64,000 nucleotides of DNA, from positions 26,355,347-26,419,346 of the forward strand of contig JAUZTB010000062.1 of NCBI GenBank assembly GCA_034780895.1, read 5' to 3'. This DNA comes from Rhynchobatus australiae (taxonomy: Eukaryota). The position numbers were made by a program, and so were the translations under genes. The first letter of the stretch is position 1; each line of letters begins with the position of its first letter. The notes under the pieces were generated by a model. It did no database searches and had not been told where the DNA came from. It saw only the letters and a list, made by a program, of their open reading frames with translations. Positions 36,001-49,354 of this stretch are shown here, one piece after another.

Positions 36001-39000
36001 TCTACACAAAAAAAAACACCAGAATTCGGCCACAAAGCTACATTTGCTGATTTTTGGCAAAAATGGAGGGTAGCAAAGTTGCCATCTGTAAAAGGCAAAA
36101 TATTCTTAACTCACTCTAAAGTTTACTGTAACATGAAATGCACAACAAGGATTTTTAAAACCCATTTCCAATTGTAACATTCTTCATCTTGGAACAAAGT
36201 TGTATATCCACCAACCAATTCATAAATAAAAGCCAAAATCCAAGTATTTTACTATTCTCAGGGAGTCAATCTTTAACAATAGAATCTTTGTAATGGCCTG
36301 TAGAATATCCACACTCCGCAGTTCACTTCAAAGTAGTTTGCCTTTCATGTGGCAGTCTATGATGGTACTTAACTGAACATGATTAATGGATGATTCAGCA
36401 TGCCTCTGGAAAACTGAAAACCATCTAAGAAGGCTGCCTTTTTGGAAGAAGTTTTATGGCTTCCACTGTTGCCTTGTGGTTACACAATGTCTATTTCCCC
36501 AACAGTTGGTCACAGCTTTGATTTCTAGGGTTCCCTGGCAGTTGAATCTGTCAACAGTATTTACAAACAAGCTCCTTTGGTTTGCCCTGGCATTAGAGGA
36601 GTGTTTTATCAAGATAAACGGGAACAGTTAAGTTCACCGTCTTACCTTTTCATGTCTGTTCACTGATAGTCTTAGGTGTGTTTGTTGCACTCTGGTCTGG
36701 CTTTTCCTATCAATCCTGAGGGTTAATACTCACATCACATGAGTAAAAACTAATGAGGTTTAGGTGGAACAACAAAATAACATGAACAAATATTGAATTA
36801 AATCACAGCACTTTGACTCTCCGTGGTTAAACATTAGAGAACAGGATCAGCTGACTGCCATTAATAACCACTTTGGAGTAACAATTCTGAAGAGCTTACT
36901 GAGTTTTATTACTATAGATTCATGACTTTCAACAAGAAGTATTAGCATATTAATAAGGTGCATTTCAAACTGATTGGGTTTAATGGGCTTAAGGCAACTA
37001 ATTAATTATCAAGGGAGCTTTATCATGAAATAATGAAGCTAATACTAATTTATCAAAAACAAGGCATGAGAGAGAACTTTTAGGTGTTGAATTATTGTTG
37101 AATCTGTCTCTCAATAGCAGCTCATGGGTTCAAGGAGGATAAAGCCTCTTAAAATGTCCAACAAAACCAAAAGTAAAGGTGTTATGTGTAAGCAGGAAAT
37201 TAAAACTATAGAAAGTAGGTGTGAACATTCAAAAACTGAACAATAATAAAGTTGCTCAAATGTCACAGTACAGATGTGAACTTGGCTTATTAATTTTTGG
37301 CTTGCACAATATTTTGGGAGTGTGGATTTAACACAGAGGACATCAACAGTCTTTTGTGAAACTGCATAATGTATTCATACTCTTATTATCCTAATGGTTC
37401 CTTTCTTGATGAAAAACAGTGAATTTCGTTTATTATTCCTATTAAATCTCACTTAGCTGTTCTGTGGGTTGGTCAGTCTGTGACCAAGGAGACCTCTGGT
37501 CCCACTGAGAGTACTGCTGGGTTCCACTCCTATTGTTTGACAATAAGAACAACTCTACAGATTGATTCTTACACATAAGCAATTTCATGTTCATGGTTTC
37601 TCATTAAAAGGGAAAACAGTTCATAAAAGTTTTCAGATGTCAGTATTAATGTATAACATCTGAACCGGTATTTCCTCTGAACTCTGTCAAAAGCAATGAA
37701 TGCAAGGGCCAGTTAAAGGAAAGCACTGAGTAATGGGGCAGACATCCTTACCTGCAGAGTTCTTGATTCAGTTATCAAATGAAGTACAAGTTCAATTTTC
37801 CTCATTAAGGAAGCACATTATTAGACCATACTTTTTCCCAGTGAGAAATTTTATATGAAAGACCGGTTAACTCTCTCCTCATTCTTGTGTCTTTTAAATC
37901 CTTGTGGAAAAAAATTGGCCTTGAATCCTGGTCTAACCAATATCACACAACTGAGTCAATCATGAATGTACATCGGTGGTAGCAGGAGTTAGATGGTGAT
38001 TGGGGGCCACAGCCAAAGGGAAATGGAATCTTGGCCTTTCAGTGGTTATTCCACTTTCAGCATAGTTTTTGAAATAATTGTATTCCAAATTTGGATGGTA
38101 TAATTATTACGTTCTTCTTAATGAACTCTTAAATGAAAAAAAGCCTGAATTACTAAAGATTAACCACTGAATTTTATTGCATTTTTAAAAAATGGGTAAA
38201 GAATTGGCAAATGGGACGAGCTCAGGTAGGCAACTTGGTCGGAATGGACGAGTTGGGCCAAAGGGCCTGTTTCCGTGCTGTAGAACGCTAAGACTCCTAT
38301 AAATAGGTCCTTCAAACTATATGACTGGCTGTTTAAAAATACAAGTATTCTTTAAGATAGGAGGATAGTTTTGTTATCAGTTACATAGCAAATGTAAGAA
38401 CAGTGCACTCTGAGAGTTAGTGCAGAGGTGCAGGAGGAGCTCTTTATATCAGTGTTGGTTTGAATTCGACAACTACTGTCTGTGTCTGAGCTCTCTATAA
38501 AATCCTATAATTCCCTCCATTTGGAAGCTAATTCTGAATAACAGGAGCCTGCCAGGGTCCCCAGGAACAAATGCTAACTGTTTAATTGTCAGCTCAAGTA
38601 TCAGGATCCAATGCCTCTTTGTGGTAAGCTGGGGTTGGAGGTAGTGCGTGTGTTGGGGGGTGTTGGAAAGAGGGGGAGTGGTGGAGGTGGTATTAGTTGG
38701 AATATACTGAGTTCTGAACACAAATCATTTGCTTCTCAATAATTCATGAGCCTCATTTGAGGCACTGCCTCCCTCACAATCAACTCTACTCATTGCTATA
38801 AGGACAATGGCAACTACCCCCAGGTAACCTCCCTTTCACCTAACATAAAAAGAGAAGCAGCAAGTTAACTAAGTTGAGAGGGCATTACGACAAACTGAAG
38901 GCATTGAGCAACAATGGACAGAACTGTGACAGGAGGTAAAACATGTGATGTTAGATCCTGCAGTGGATCATGATAGATTTTACTTTCTGTTGATGTCAGT

Positions 39001-39231
39001 GCACAGGATCACTGGTATCATGGCTAGAGGACGGCCAAACCTGCCCCAGCCATGTTATTGACCTGCCTGCTTATCATTCTAGCCAGTAGCCTTGAGAAGT
39101 TGTAAATGGGAAGAGATATTATTGGTTATTATACTAGAGGAAGAAATGAGCTGCAGCTTTTTATTATCTTTTATGTTGCTGTCTGTTTCTTTAACAGTCT
39201 GCTTCTGTCCCTCCACTCTCACCTCCAGCAA

Positions 39232-39420
39232 GAGTTATAGCATCATACAACACAGAAACAGGCCCTTCACCCCACTGAGTCCATCTTGACCATCCATCAA
39301 CTATTTACACTAATCCTACATTAATCCCTTTTTTTTATATTCCTCCCACACGCTCATCAACTCTCCCAAGTTTGTACCATACACGTACACACAAGGGGTA
39401 ATTTACAGTAGCCAATTTTG
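39232..39420 (-). mobile_element. V-SINE 3' half (CR1-type tail)
   Basis: ATACAACACAGAAACAGGCCCTTCACCCCACTGAGTCC...GGGGTAATTTACAGTAGCCAATT. Confidence 0.7.
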
Positions 39421-39741
39421 CCAACTTTCCGGCCCCAGACCTGAACCTCTGTGCTTTGTAGATTTCTCCCAGCTCCTCCCCTGCCCTCTCCAACATCATC
39501 TTTTGTTTAACCTTGGAACTCATTGCCAATAACCCCTGACACACATTTTCCCATCTAAGCACCCATCCCAATTTATCTTTCAGGGACTTTGTCTCTCCCT
39601 TTCAAATCCTGCCATACCCTTGCCTCAACCAGCAAAAATGAATCCTAAATCTCCATGTCCTTGAAAGGTATTGTTTTATTTATAATTTCCTTTTACTTCA
39701 CGAGGATATAATTACTTTCTGTCTCATTCCATACATCAAGG

Positions 39742-40035
39742 AAGGAGACCATTCAGCCCATCAAACCTATGCACTCCTATAAATCCCATTCCCCATTTAT
39801 TTCCCTATAACCTATTATCTCACACCTGCCCATTAACAATCCACAGATTCTCCCAGCAGCCTCCAACAGTAAGGGTAATTCACAGTGGCCAATTAACCTG
39901 CTAATTAGCTTGCCTTTGGGTTGTGGGATCATCTGAAGGAAATCCATATGGTCAGAGGGAGAACTTCACACAGACAGCCCTGGAGGGCATAGTGGAACTG
40001 GGTCACTGGAGCTGTGAGATGTAGCTCCACTGCAC
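39742..40035 (-). mobile_element. V-SINE, degenerate
   Basis: AAGGAGACCATTCAGCCC...GGGTAATTCACAGTGGCCAATTAACC...CTGGAGCTGTGAG. Confidence 0.75.
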
Positions 40036-43000
40036 TGCCCCCTTTCCAGAACCTGTCAGACTGAGTGGCTGCAATCCAGTTTGTGCCCCGTCTCAACATC
40101 TGACCCTTCTCCTCATGACTTTATTTTCATGTTGAATAATACGTGGCAAACTGGAGAATTGCTGTTTTGACAGTGTTTTTATATCAGAAATGACTGAAAT
40201 CCACATACCAATCATTAGACTGTGAGCCTGAATCTGGCCAGTTTAATTTACTAATTTACTCAGTTTCAAAGCCATGGCTGGTTTTAAAAATGTGAATGAG
40301 CAGTGTGAACTTACTGTTGTGGGGTGGCAGACAGGCGAGGATGTGAACTCTCTCCAGATGTTCACCCACACTGACCTCCAGCAGTGGTTTCTACTCGTTT
40401 GGCAGATGTTAGCAATCTGGCTAATTTTCCCTTGCTGAACCAGGAGGTGTTAAGATTTGTTCACAGTATTTACTACCTGCCTTCCTGGACTCAGATCAAG
40501 TTATACAGAATAAATTGGTGACTGACCCTAGCATTTCCTAGTCTGATACGAGCAAACAAATCTGAGGACTGAACTTTATTTCTAAAATAAATATAAAATC
40601 TGTCAATTATAAGCTGGGAGCAATGTACAGTGAGCATCAAAGTCACTCATGAGATCACCTGATTCATAACTGTTGCTATAATTGGGTCACATTTTCCAGT
40701 ACAATGCAGCAATAATTATCATACAGTATTATACAAAATGTATTATTTACCTAAATATTATTTAAAGTTTTTGAAAATTTTAATGTCCGCTGACTGGGAC
40801 TTATTCCTATTTATTGTTTATTCTTCACCCAACAAGCCAAAACCCCACAAATGCAAGCTAAAGGATCTAGCCGTTGTTCCTATCCTCACACTGCTCACTC
40901 AAATTAAGGGACACAAATTGAGCCCTTTAATCTGTATTGATTTACACTTGAGATAAACAGTTCTCATTTTTGTGTAAATGGAGAAGGAAATAAGCAAAGG
41001 AGCTTGTCGATATGGATCAAATTGATTCAAATTAGAGTGGATTTCCCTTGTAAATAGAGTTTAGGAAGGAAACGTTTGTTGAATTATGAATTGGACCAAA
41101 AAGTTGCATTTTTCAGACTTGCATCTACTGGTAACCCAGTTCTAACAGTACTGCGTAGTTTTAGCAGTGTTTTTGTGTGAATTTCCTTTCAATTTCCTCC
41201 CCCCCCCACCAAAGACCAGATTTCCATGGATACTGTTCCATGGATACCTGTCATGTTTGGGTACTTTATGCGTGAAATGGATCCAGCCTCGCCTCATGTT
41301 AAAAATTTATCATCGATACAAAAGGCTACCATCAGCAGCCAGAACCTGACTAATTTTTAACCTTCATCTGGAAGTGCAGAGACCTACTATGGTGCTGGCA
41401 TGATTGTTCTGCCTGATTATATCTAACAACGTTTGATGACGTGAGATCTATGTGCACACAATAAACATTTACCAAATGAGTCATTGACAGAGCTCATTTT
41501 CTCATCACCAGAGAAGATACTGTTCTGAACATCCTTGAATGAGCAACACTGGAGTGTATGCAGTGATTTAAACTTTCAGCTTTTGGAAGAACACATCCTT
41601 CTGTCCCTGAGGTTATGGGTTAACAAGTGTGCATGGAATCATCATCTCAAGCTAGACTACATAGGAGAAATTTATTGGGGGTGGCTTATGTCCTTGCATA
41701 TCCCTACCACTATGCCATTACTTCCAATTCTTTGCACATGCACTTATCATAACAAATGAGCTACATATAATATGAAGTGCTAATATCTCTGAATTAAGCT
41801 CCTCAGCATCTCAACATAAACACAGTTTAGATTTTTTTAATCTATTGAGTTAAGCAACTGATGCTGATCAAAACTGTCAAGTTTTTCTACTAGAGCTGAG
41901 ACATATGAACAAATAATGCCTGGTTATGCTTTTATTTGGCNNNNNNNNNNNNNNNNNNNNNNNNNNNNNNNNNNNNNNNNNNNNNNNNNNNNNNNNNNNN
42001 NNNNNNNNNNNNNNNNNNNNNNNNNNNNNNNNNNNNNNNNGTTATGCTTTTATTTGGCTATTTCATGTTTCATTCAATGGTGAAGCACATCGACTGATTT
42101 ACAGTCAGTTACATCGCCACTCCATCTTCTGCACTCCAAACAGATCAAAAACCCTCAAGGGCTTTCTTTCAGTTAACAAGATTACTTACACCCCTCTTCC
42201 CTGTCATACTTCAGGGACTTAACTGCAATCTCTCCAGAATGGAGTGTCCAATTTCCATTTGAGTCAACCTGGTCCTAAATCAGATTCCTTGTGAATGATA
42301 AACTATGTCTCAGAGTTAGCCAATTAACTTTTCCTTTGATAGAAAGCCAACTTTATGCCCTGGTTTAGTCCTCCTAAATAGACAGGTCCAGTGTCCAATT
42401 TACAATGTAGTTATCCAGTGCTGAGTGATGAAAGGCATATTGCATGTGTGTGGCAATATAGCAATGAAGTGAAGATTAAACAGATATCTAAGTAGCAATT
42501 TTCCAAAATAATTTAAAGAAATAGTCAAAATTAAGCAAATATGTTCTTCAAGCATAACATGGCATTTTGAAGCTACTGTTGACTTTATAATACCTTATCC
42601 TTTATATTTCAAAGGCAAATAAAAATAATTGAATGATAATCTGATCAAGAGAATGAAATGAAGAAATACACCATGTGAACAAAAGAGTCCAAGGATTAAC
42701 TTTATTTGGAAATCACTAAGGATACTAGTGAACACCAGTTTCAAGAAATACAGTTGCAGTGATATTATTGAACAGAAGGAACAAGTTGCCATTTGAAAAA
42801 TGATGGGCCTAAATTCCTCGCATTTTCGATTGTTGCACTCAGTCTTATCAAAATTTGTCTGCAATTTCTTGTGCAATGCTACAGTCTCCTTCAAAATATT
42901 TTAAACCATTCAAAGCTTCTCCACCTCCCACTTTATATTAATAGAGACAATTATTCAGGAAGTGAGTATAACTGGTAGCCAATACTTGAGCACATGCATA

Positions 43001-43457
43001 ACACAGGTGATATATTCCCAACACTAAATTTTTAAATACACCGACTATTTGAAAAGATGTTTCTTCTTAATTTTAAAATTGCACACCTTGATACGTGGCT
43101 TGATCCCTGCATTAACTGCAATGACACATTTACTTCAATTTAAAGTTTATGAGAGTTTCAATTGAATTAGAAAGATTTCTGATATTTTTTCCACCGTATT
43201 TGTCTTTTTGATGATTTTCTATACCCCTGCACGACCTTTTAATCATCTGTGTACATATATGCTTGACATGTGGTATTAGTGTAGCAAGCAAGAAAGCAGA
43301 TCTGTGTGTGCAATTTTCTTCATTCTCAATTTCAAGGAATTTTTGGCTGTCAGTCAATCAACCAACAATGTAAAACATCAGGAAAGAAAAGGATTGCCTA
43401 GAAATTTGATCATGTAGCACTGTTTAATTTAGAACCAAATGGTTGCAAAAGGACTTC

Positions 43458-44259
43458 TCCTGAAATGAAACGTGATAATGACTATTTTTGGTCCATTTGA
43501 TGGACAGTCTGGAAATTTGACTTGGCACTTTCTGTTACGAGTCATGTGTGGACATGTGATGGACTTTCCGTATCAGATGTGCATCAAATAATGTCAATCC
43601 CCTTGCACTGCTCACTTTAGAGTATTGCTCTAGAGGTTAGTCCACTCTGCCCTGTGGGTGCCAAACTCCCTGACAGAGGTCATGAATCTCCATCCTCCTG
43701 TCCCAACTAGAAGTCAGTGTCTGGCCAGATGCAACCATTACCCCTGCCTCTCCCCACTTGCTTGACCTTTCATACAACACCCCTTTCCCCAAGCCCCAAC
43801 TGGTCTTTGATGCAACACCCTGTCCCCAGACCTTAATTAAGCTTTGCATGTTCTTACTGTGATTGCATGGGTTTTCCTGGGTGCTCCAGTTTCCAACCAT
43901 ATCCCAGTGATATGCTGGTTAGTAGATTAATTGTCTACTGTAGGTGAGTGAAGAATTAGAGTGGAGTTGGTGAGCACATGAGGGGAAACAGGTTACAAAG
44001 AAATAAGTGACAGGAATGGGATTAATGTGATTTCTCTGTTAGATGGCATTTACCGTGGGTCAGAAATCACTGGCATGATGATTCAATAGGACTTGGTAAC
44101 CATTAGGACATGGCTTTCAGTCCTGAAGTGAAACATGATGATGACTTTCTTTGGTCCATTTCATGCTTGACCTTGGAAATTCAACTTGACATTTTCCAGT
44201 CTAAGTCATGTGTGGACATGTGATGGAACTTCCATGTCAGATGTGCATCAAAAATGTCA
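43458..44259. repeat. Diverged direct repeat: 43458-43596 and 44121-44259 (~139 bp each)
   Basis: Both copies share TCCTGAA.TGAAAC.TGAT.ATGACT..TTTGGTCCATTT...AGTCATGTGTGGACATGTGATGGA...TCAGATGTGCATCAAA..ATGTCA. Confidence 0.9.
43845..44045 (+). mobile_element. V-SINE, 5'-truncated
   Basis: TTTGCATGTTCTTACTGTGATTGCATGGGTTTTCCTGGGTGCTCCAGTTTCC. Confidence 0.75.
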
Positions 44260-44379
44260 CCTCAAGTTTACAAAGAAGAACAAGGGAGGACAGTAAGCAG
44301 TGTATCGGATCAGTGCGGAATCAGTGCAACAACTTCATAGACAAGAGTTACAGCAACTGATGAGCTGGGGGCAGGGACT

Positions 44380-44620
44380 GATGCTTCAGAGACTGTCTTA
44401 GTAATGGGCATGGTTATGTGGTCTGACGCTCATTTTTGATTATGTATGACATCAAGAGTCCAAACAGTCCATTCAGTTTCAGGCACGGATGACATCTATG
44501 GCTTGGAACAGACATCCTGGTGGTAACTGCTGATGAGGGTCTCAGTCTTCCCAATATTTGGTGAAAATATCTGTTCATCCAGTATTAGGTGGCAGAAAAA
44601 TAGTATGACCAAATGTTGGA
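44380..44620 (-). mobile_element. L2-type LINE RT fragment, very degenerate
   Basis: TCAGTCTTCCCAATATTT...CTGTTCATCCAGTA resembles the reverse complement of YWM...LNIGKTE. Confidence 0.45.
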
Positions 44621-45097
44621 AGAAGTAATTTTATCAAGTAACTATCAACCAACCAACAAATATCATACTATTTGAAAGTTGCCTGTTCCATATTTTCAAT
44701 ATCAAAAAAATATAAATATCATCATTATAAATTTGACCTGAGAGCAATTACTTCCAATGGCATCTGGGATAGGAACAGAATCCATTGCAGGTGAAACTCT
44801 GGCTACAAGTGGATGTGAAAGGAACCAGGCAAATGTAGACCTACCAAGGTGAATGGCAGGAATTGCCTTTGATGAGAATGAACAATTGTGTTTAATGCTG
44901 CAGTCAGATCGGATAAGCCAAGAAAGACGTTTTACCTTTGCTGTAGCTGTATAGGTTGTCAACTCATAAGAGTTTTTTTGTTTCTGTTCGGGGCAGGAAC
45001 CTGATTTTTTGGGGGGGGGAGTTATACATAGACTTCTGGTTAAGGTACCATGGATATGAGAGGCAACGGTGCCAAAAGGACTTTGGAGAGGAAGAAA

Positions 45098-45306
45098 AGA
45101 ACAATAGAAATAGGAGCAAGAGTAGGCCATTCAGCCCCTTGAACTTGCCCCAGCATTCATAAAGATTATGGCTGGTCTTCTACTTTAACATCATTTTCCT
45201 GCCTATCCCCATATCCCCTGTGTTCGCTATCATTGCAGAAGTCTATCAATCTCAGTTTTGAATGAAATTAATGACTGCGCCTCCACAGCCCACCAGGGTA
45301 GAGAAA
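45098..45306 (-). mobile_element. CR1 LINE 3' end, truncated by the 45307 duplication
   Basis: GAAATAGGAGCAAGAGTAGGCCATTCAGCCCCTTGAAC...GCCTCCACAGCCC..GGGTAGAGAA. Confidence 0.8.
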
Positions 45307-46817
45307 TGCTTCTCTCTCTGTAGTTGTTGCTTACAGCATTGCTGAGTCACTGTGTAGGAGGGGAGAAAAGTGGGGAAGAAAGCAGGATAAGTAGCCTTAT
45401 ATGATGCCTAGTTTTGTATTTATAAACTACAACTTGTTTAAAGAATGAAGTGTGAATTGATTAAATAAGAACAATTAGTATTCAAGTACTATGTATTGGT
45501 GAAGGTGGTCAAGGGCTGCTTTTTTGGATGAGAATTAATGGCAACAAATTAAAAGGAGAATGGGAGAAGGGATCCCAATCCATACCCAAGGAGGGAGAAT
45601 CTTTAGCAATATCAGTTAACATGGGGGTCTGAAAGGCAGAGGTCAGTGATTATTGATCAGCTCAGCTGAAGGTTAGCCATGTGGTAGAGCCTAAAATCAA
45701 CAGGTGTACTGGTCTACGACAGGGCAATGATATACTGTAACATCAATGAATGAGATTAGATGCATTAACTAAGCCACTTTCTCTAGGTCGCCATACCAGT
45801 TTGAAATAACACCTGCATTAAAGCATAACACCTGCATTTGAAAATGCAAAATTATTTATTTTTGTCAGGTGACTGATATGCATAACAGACCTTTAGCTAT
45901 TGGTAAGATGTATGAACTGAGTGGCAGAGTGGTGAGCCCTGGGCTTGTGTCTGTGATTGGCCACATGGTATATTTCACATTACAGAGAACTGAGTAAAGG
46001 TTAGATTTGTGACAGCTCACATCCCATCTATATCGCAGTAAATATGCTCTTTGATGACCTGTCAGGTCGAGGAATTACCACAAATTATTTCTCCTTAAAA
46101 GTGCAATAAATTAAGGAAAATGAACCAATGGCACTGGTAAATGACTGAATATAATGAATATAAAGGTCAGGAACTCAAGTGCTGAAACCTTTGAAGCCAA
46201 ATGGCCTTTTCATGTTACCGAAACAGAAAATCATGGAGTAGAATCGTGCTAGTATGTTTAATCAAGGAGCAGTTCACAATATTCCTTCAGTAAATTCAAA
46301 GGATTCAAAGAAGGATAACATGGATGCTCCTAGCTCTTAAATCAATCAGCTGTGAAGAAAAATGAAGAGGGCTAAATCTGGATAATTCAGCAATAATTTT
46401 GAAGAGAGTCAATGATGTGGAGAGGCTCTTAATAATGAATCAGTGAAAGTGGTCTGTGACGCATAAGTTAGCTTGTTATAAGCAAATGCCAAACTCATCA
46501 AAGCTTCATGGTAACCTGTTGACAATGAAATAGATTAAATTAGGTAAATTGTGTCCCTTGATTGGCTGAAGTAAAATACCATTGATGCAGCAGATGTGCT
46601 TGTTGACCTGAAACATTAACTCTGCTTCTCTCTCTGTAGTTGTTGCTTACAGCATTGCTGAGTCACTGTGTAGGAGGGGAGAAAAGTGGGGAAGAAAGCA
46701 GGATAAGTAGCCTTATATGATGCCTAGTTTTGTATTTATAAATTATAACTTGTTTAAAGAATGAAGTGTGAATTGATTAAATAAGAACAATTAGTATTCA
46801 AGTACTATGTATGGGTG
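45307..46817. repeat. 195-bp near-identical direct repeat: 45307-45501 and 46623-46817
   Basis: Aligned by eye: 3 mismatches in 195 bp, offset 1316 bp. Confidence 0.95.
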
Positions 46818-48699
46818 TTACCCATATATTGAAGTCCACAGTAGGCCCAATGGCTATGATGAGGTTCTCAGAGATCCATATTCAAAATATGGGGGTTGGG
46901 AGGGCCTGTCCTCGTACTATCAATTCCGTAATTCAGTGGACATGAAACAATTGGAAAAAAAATAATAAAAATGTTGTTTCACAGGCAGCACCAGGTGAGG
47001 AAATTAGGTTCATGATTCATGCAAATACAATGTGGTTGAGTTAGCTGCCTCGACAGTTTAGGGGCAATTAGTGATGGACTATAAGTGTCAGCATCATGAA
47101 TGATGTCCACATCCCATGAACAAATAAATGAAAAAAATAACATGTTAATGTTATTGAATCTTTTCAAGTTTTTAATTCCTACACAATCAATAAGTTTTGT
47201 GAAAGAGGACTCACAGTGATTATGCAGATAACTGAGCAGCACACAGTGAAGTTCCTCAACAGCAGTGTGACAGGCAACCAATTAAGATATTTATTGTTGG
47301 TGTTAATTAAAGGTACAAAGAAAATCAATAATGCCACTGGATTTTGAATATTTACCATTATTTGAAGCACATTTGCATTTGCTACATTACAACAGTGACA
47401 GGGCCAGCACTTCAAATGTCATCTTTGGATGTCAAGATGCTTTGAGATCCCACAAGAATGTGAACTATCCAAAATAAATAAATTCTCTCTTGTTTAAAAA
47501 GTGAAGCCAATTTCTGTTTAATGCCTATTGGCATAAAAATGCCTAATGACACATAATTCACAATGGTGCAAGCAGATTTGTATTTTTAAATCTTGCAATT
47601 TAAAACTATTGAAGAGGGAAGTTTGAAAACAAAGCTCAAATTTGACTTTTCATCAGGAACTTATAAGTATAGTTCCTGACATGACTAAAGTAATTGCTTA
47701 GTAAATGCTACAATAAGATAAAATGCACTTTAAAGATAAGGCAACCATTGTACCTTCTGTCTAAATTGACATCCCTTTTACCATTGCTACAATCTGATGA
47801 ACAAAGTTAACCTTGTGATAATTGGTTTCTGAATTATATCTGTAGTTCTCAAGCAGCTAATGGAAGGTGACCTTGCTTCACAATGCGCTGGAAGGTAAAT
47901 TGCTTTGAATGTCTGAGTTGTTCTTTCCTGCTGTAATTTTTTTCCCTTTCCCTTTTGCTCATAGTGGGTCTGTTTTATTTCTCCTGACACCCACTGAGTT
48001 CTAAAACCATATGTGAGAAAATGCAGTAGGAACTTTATTAAGTGCATTGGGCTGTGATTGATACCTACTACCTGTGGGCAAGAAAGGCAGCACGTATTTT
48101 CAGATACACTTCCATGGAATGCTTTTTAATGGATAGATTAACTGTGCTGAATCATCATCAGGTCAGTTTGAAGGAATGCTGGATTAACAGTTCACTTTAT
48201 GAAATTGCACTAAGTGAGATAACTATAAAGGGTTCTTCAAACTTCAGAGGTGTGTTCAAAGCATCCTGGTCAATTACACTCTGGTGGTTAATGGGTTGAT
48301 TAGTGTCTGGATTTCTGGTGCTGCAAGGAGAGAAATGAGACACTAAGAATGTCTGCTGGTTTTGTGCTTTTAGCAGGTGCATACTTTGCCTCAGTAGTTT
48401 TCATTAAAAGAAAGATTTTTATTGGGAATGGACTTATGCTCAAGAGTCTATCTAAGCCACCAGTTTCTAGAGGGAATATTTCCTAGTCAGGAAAGAGAAC
48501 CTATCTAATCCTTTCCCTTTCCTAACCAAGAGGTAATGTAAGCTGCCTTTCTGTACTTTTATTAATGGGGGATATATCAAACACTATGTGTTTCATAATG
48601 ATACTCATTGCGTGTAACAGCAGGGCAAATTTCATAGTTGTGTCACTTATTAAACAATGTGTAACATTGAAAAAAGTCAGGATCAGTGTTTTATTTAAG

Positions 48700-48827
48700 T
48701 TAGAAACATAGACAAAAAATTATGGCACAATTCAGGCCCTTCAGCCCACTAAGCTGTGCCGAACATGTCCCTACCCTAGAAATTACTATGCTTACCCATA
48801 GCCCTCTATTTTACTTAGCTCCATGTA
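48700..48827 (-). mobile_element. CR1-type 3' tail running into an N gap
   Basis: TAGAAACATAG...CAGGCCCTTCAGCCCAC..GCTGTGCCGAACATG. Confidence 0.6.
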
Positions 48828-49354
48828 NNNNNNNNNNNNNNNNNNNNNNNNNNNNNNNNNNNNNNNNNNNNNNNNNNNNNNNNNNNNNNNNNNNNNNNNN
48901 NNNNNNNNNNNNNNNNNNNNNNNNNNNNNNNNNNNNNNNNNNNNNNNNNNNNNNNNNNNNNNNNNNNNNNNNNNNNNNNNNNNNNNNNNNNNNNNNNNNN
49001 NNNNNNNNNNNNNNNNNNNNNNNNNNNNNNNNNNNNNNNNNNNNNNNNNNNNNNNNNNNNNNNNNNNNNNNNNNNNNNNNNNNNNNNNNNNNNNNNNNNN
49101 NNNNNNNNNNNNNNNNNNNNNNNNNNNNNNNNNNNNNNNNNNNNNNNNNNNNNNNNNNNNNNNNNNNNNNNNNNNNNNNNNNNNNNNNNNNNNNNNNNNN
49201 NNNNNNNNNNNNNNNNNNNNNNNNNNNNNNNNNNNNNNNNNNNNNNNNNNNNNNNNNNNNNNNNNNNNNNNNNNNNNNNNNNNNNNNNNNNNNNNNNNNN
49301 NNNNNNNNNNNNNNNNNNNNNNNNNNNNNNNNNNNNNNNNNNNNNNNNNNNNNN

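Noticed and set aside
41923-42058. GTTATGCTTTTATTTGGC repeated across a 100-N gap
   Set aside because: Assembly overlap artefact
44121-44259. Duplicated unit as a tandem C/D snoRNA (ATGATGA present)
   Set aside because: The C box is not kept in the other copy, and there is no terminal CTGA D box or closing stem
45307-46817. LTR retroelement or TRIM interpretation of the 195-bp repeats
   Set aside because: No TG...CA ends, TSD or internal ORF; one copy starts inside an older repeat
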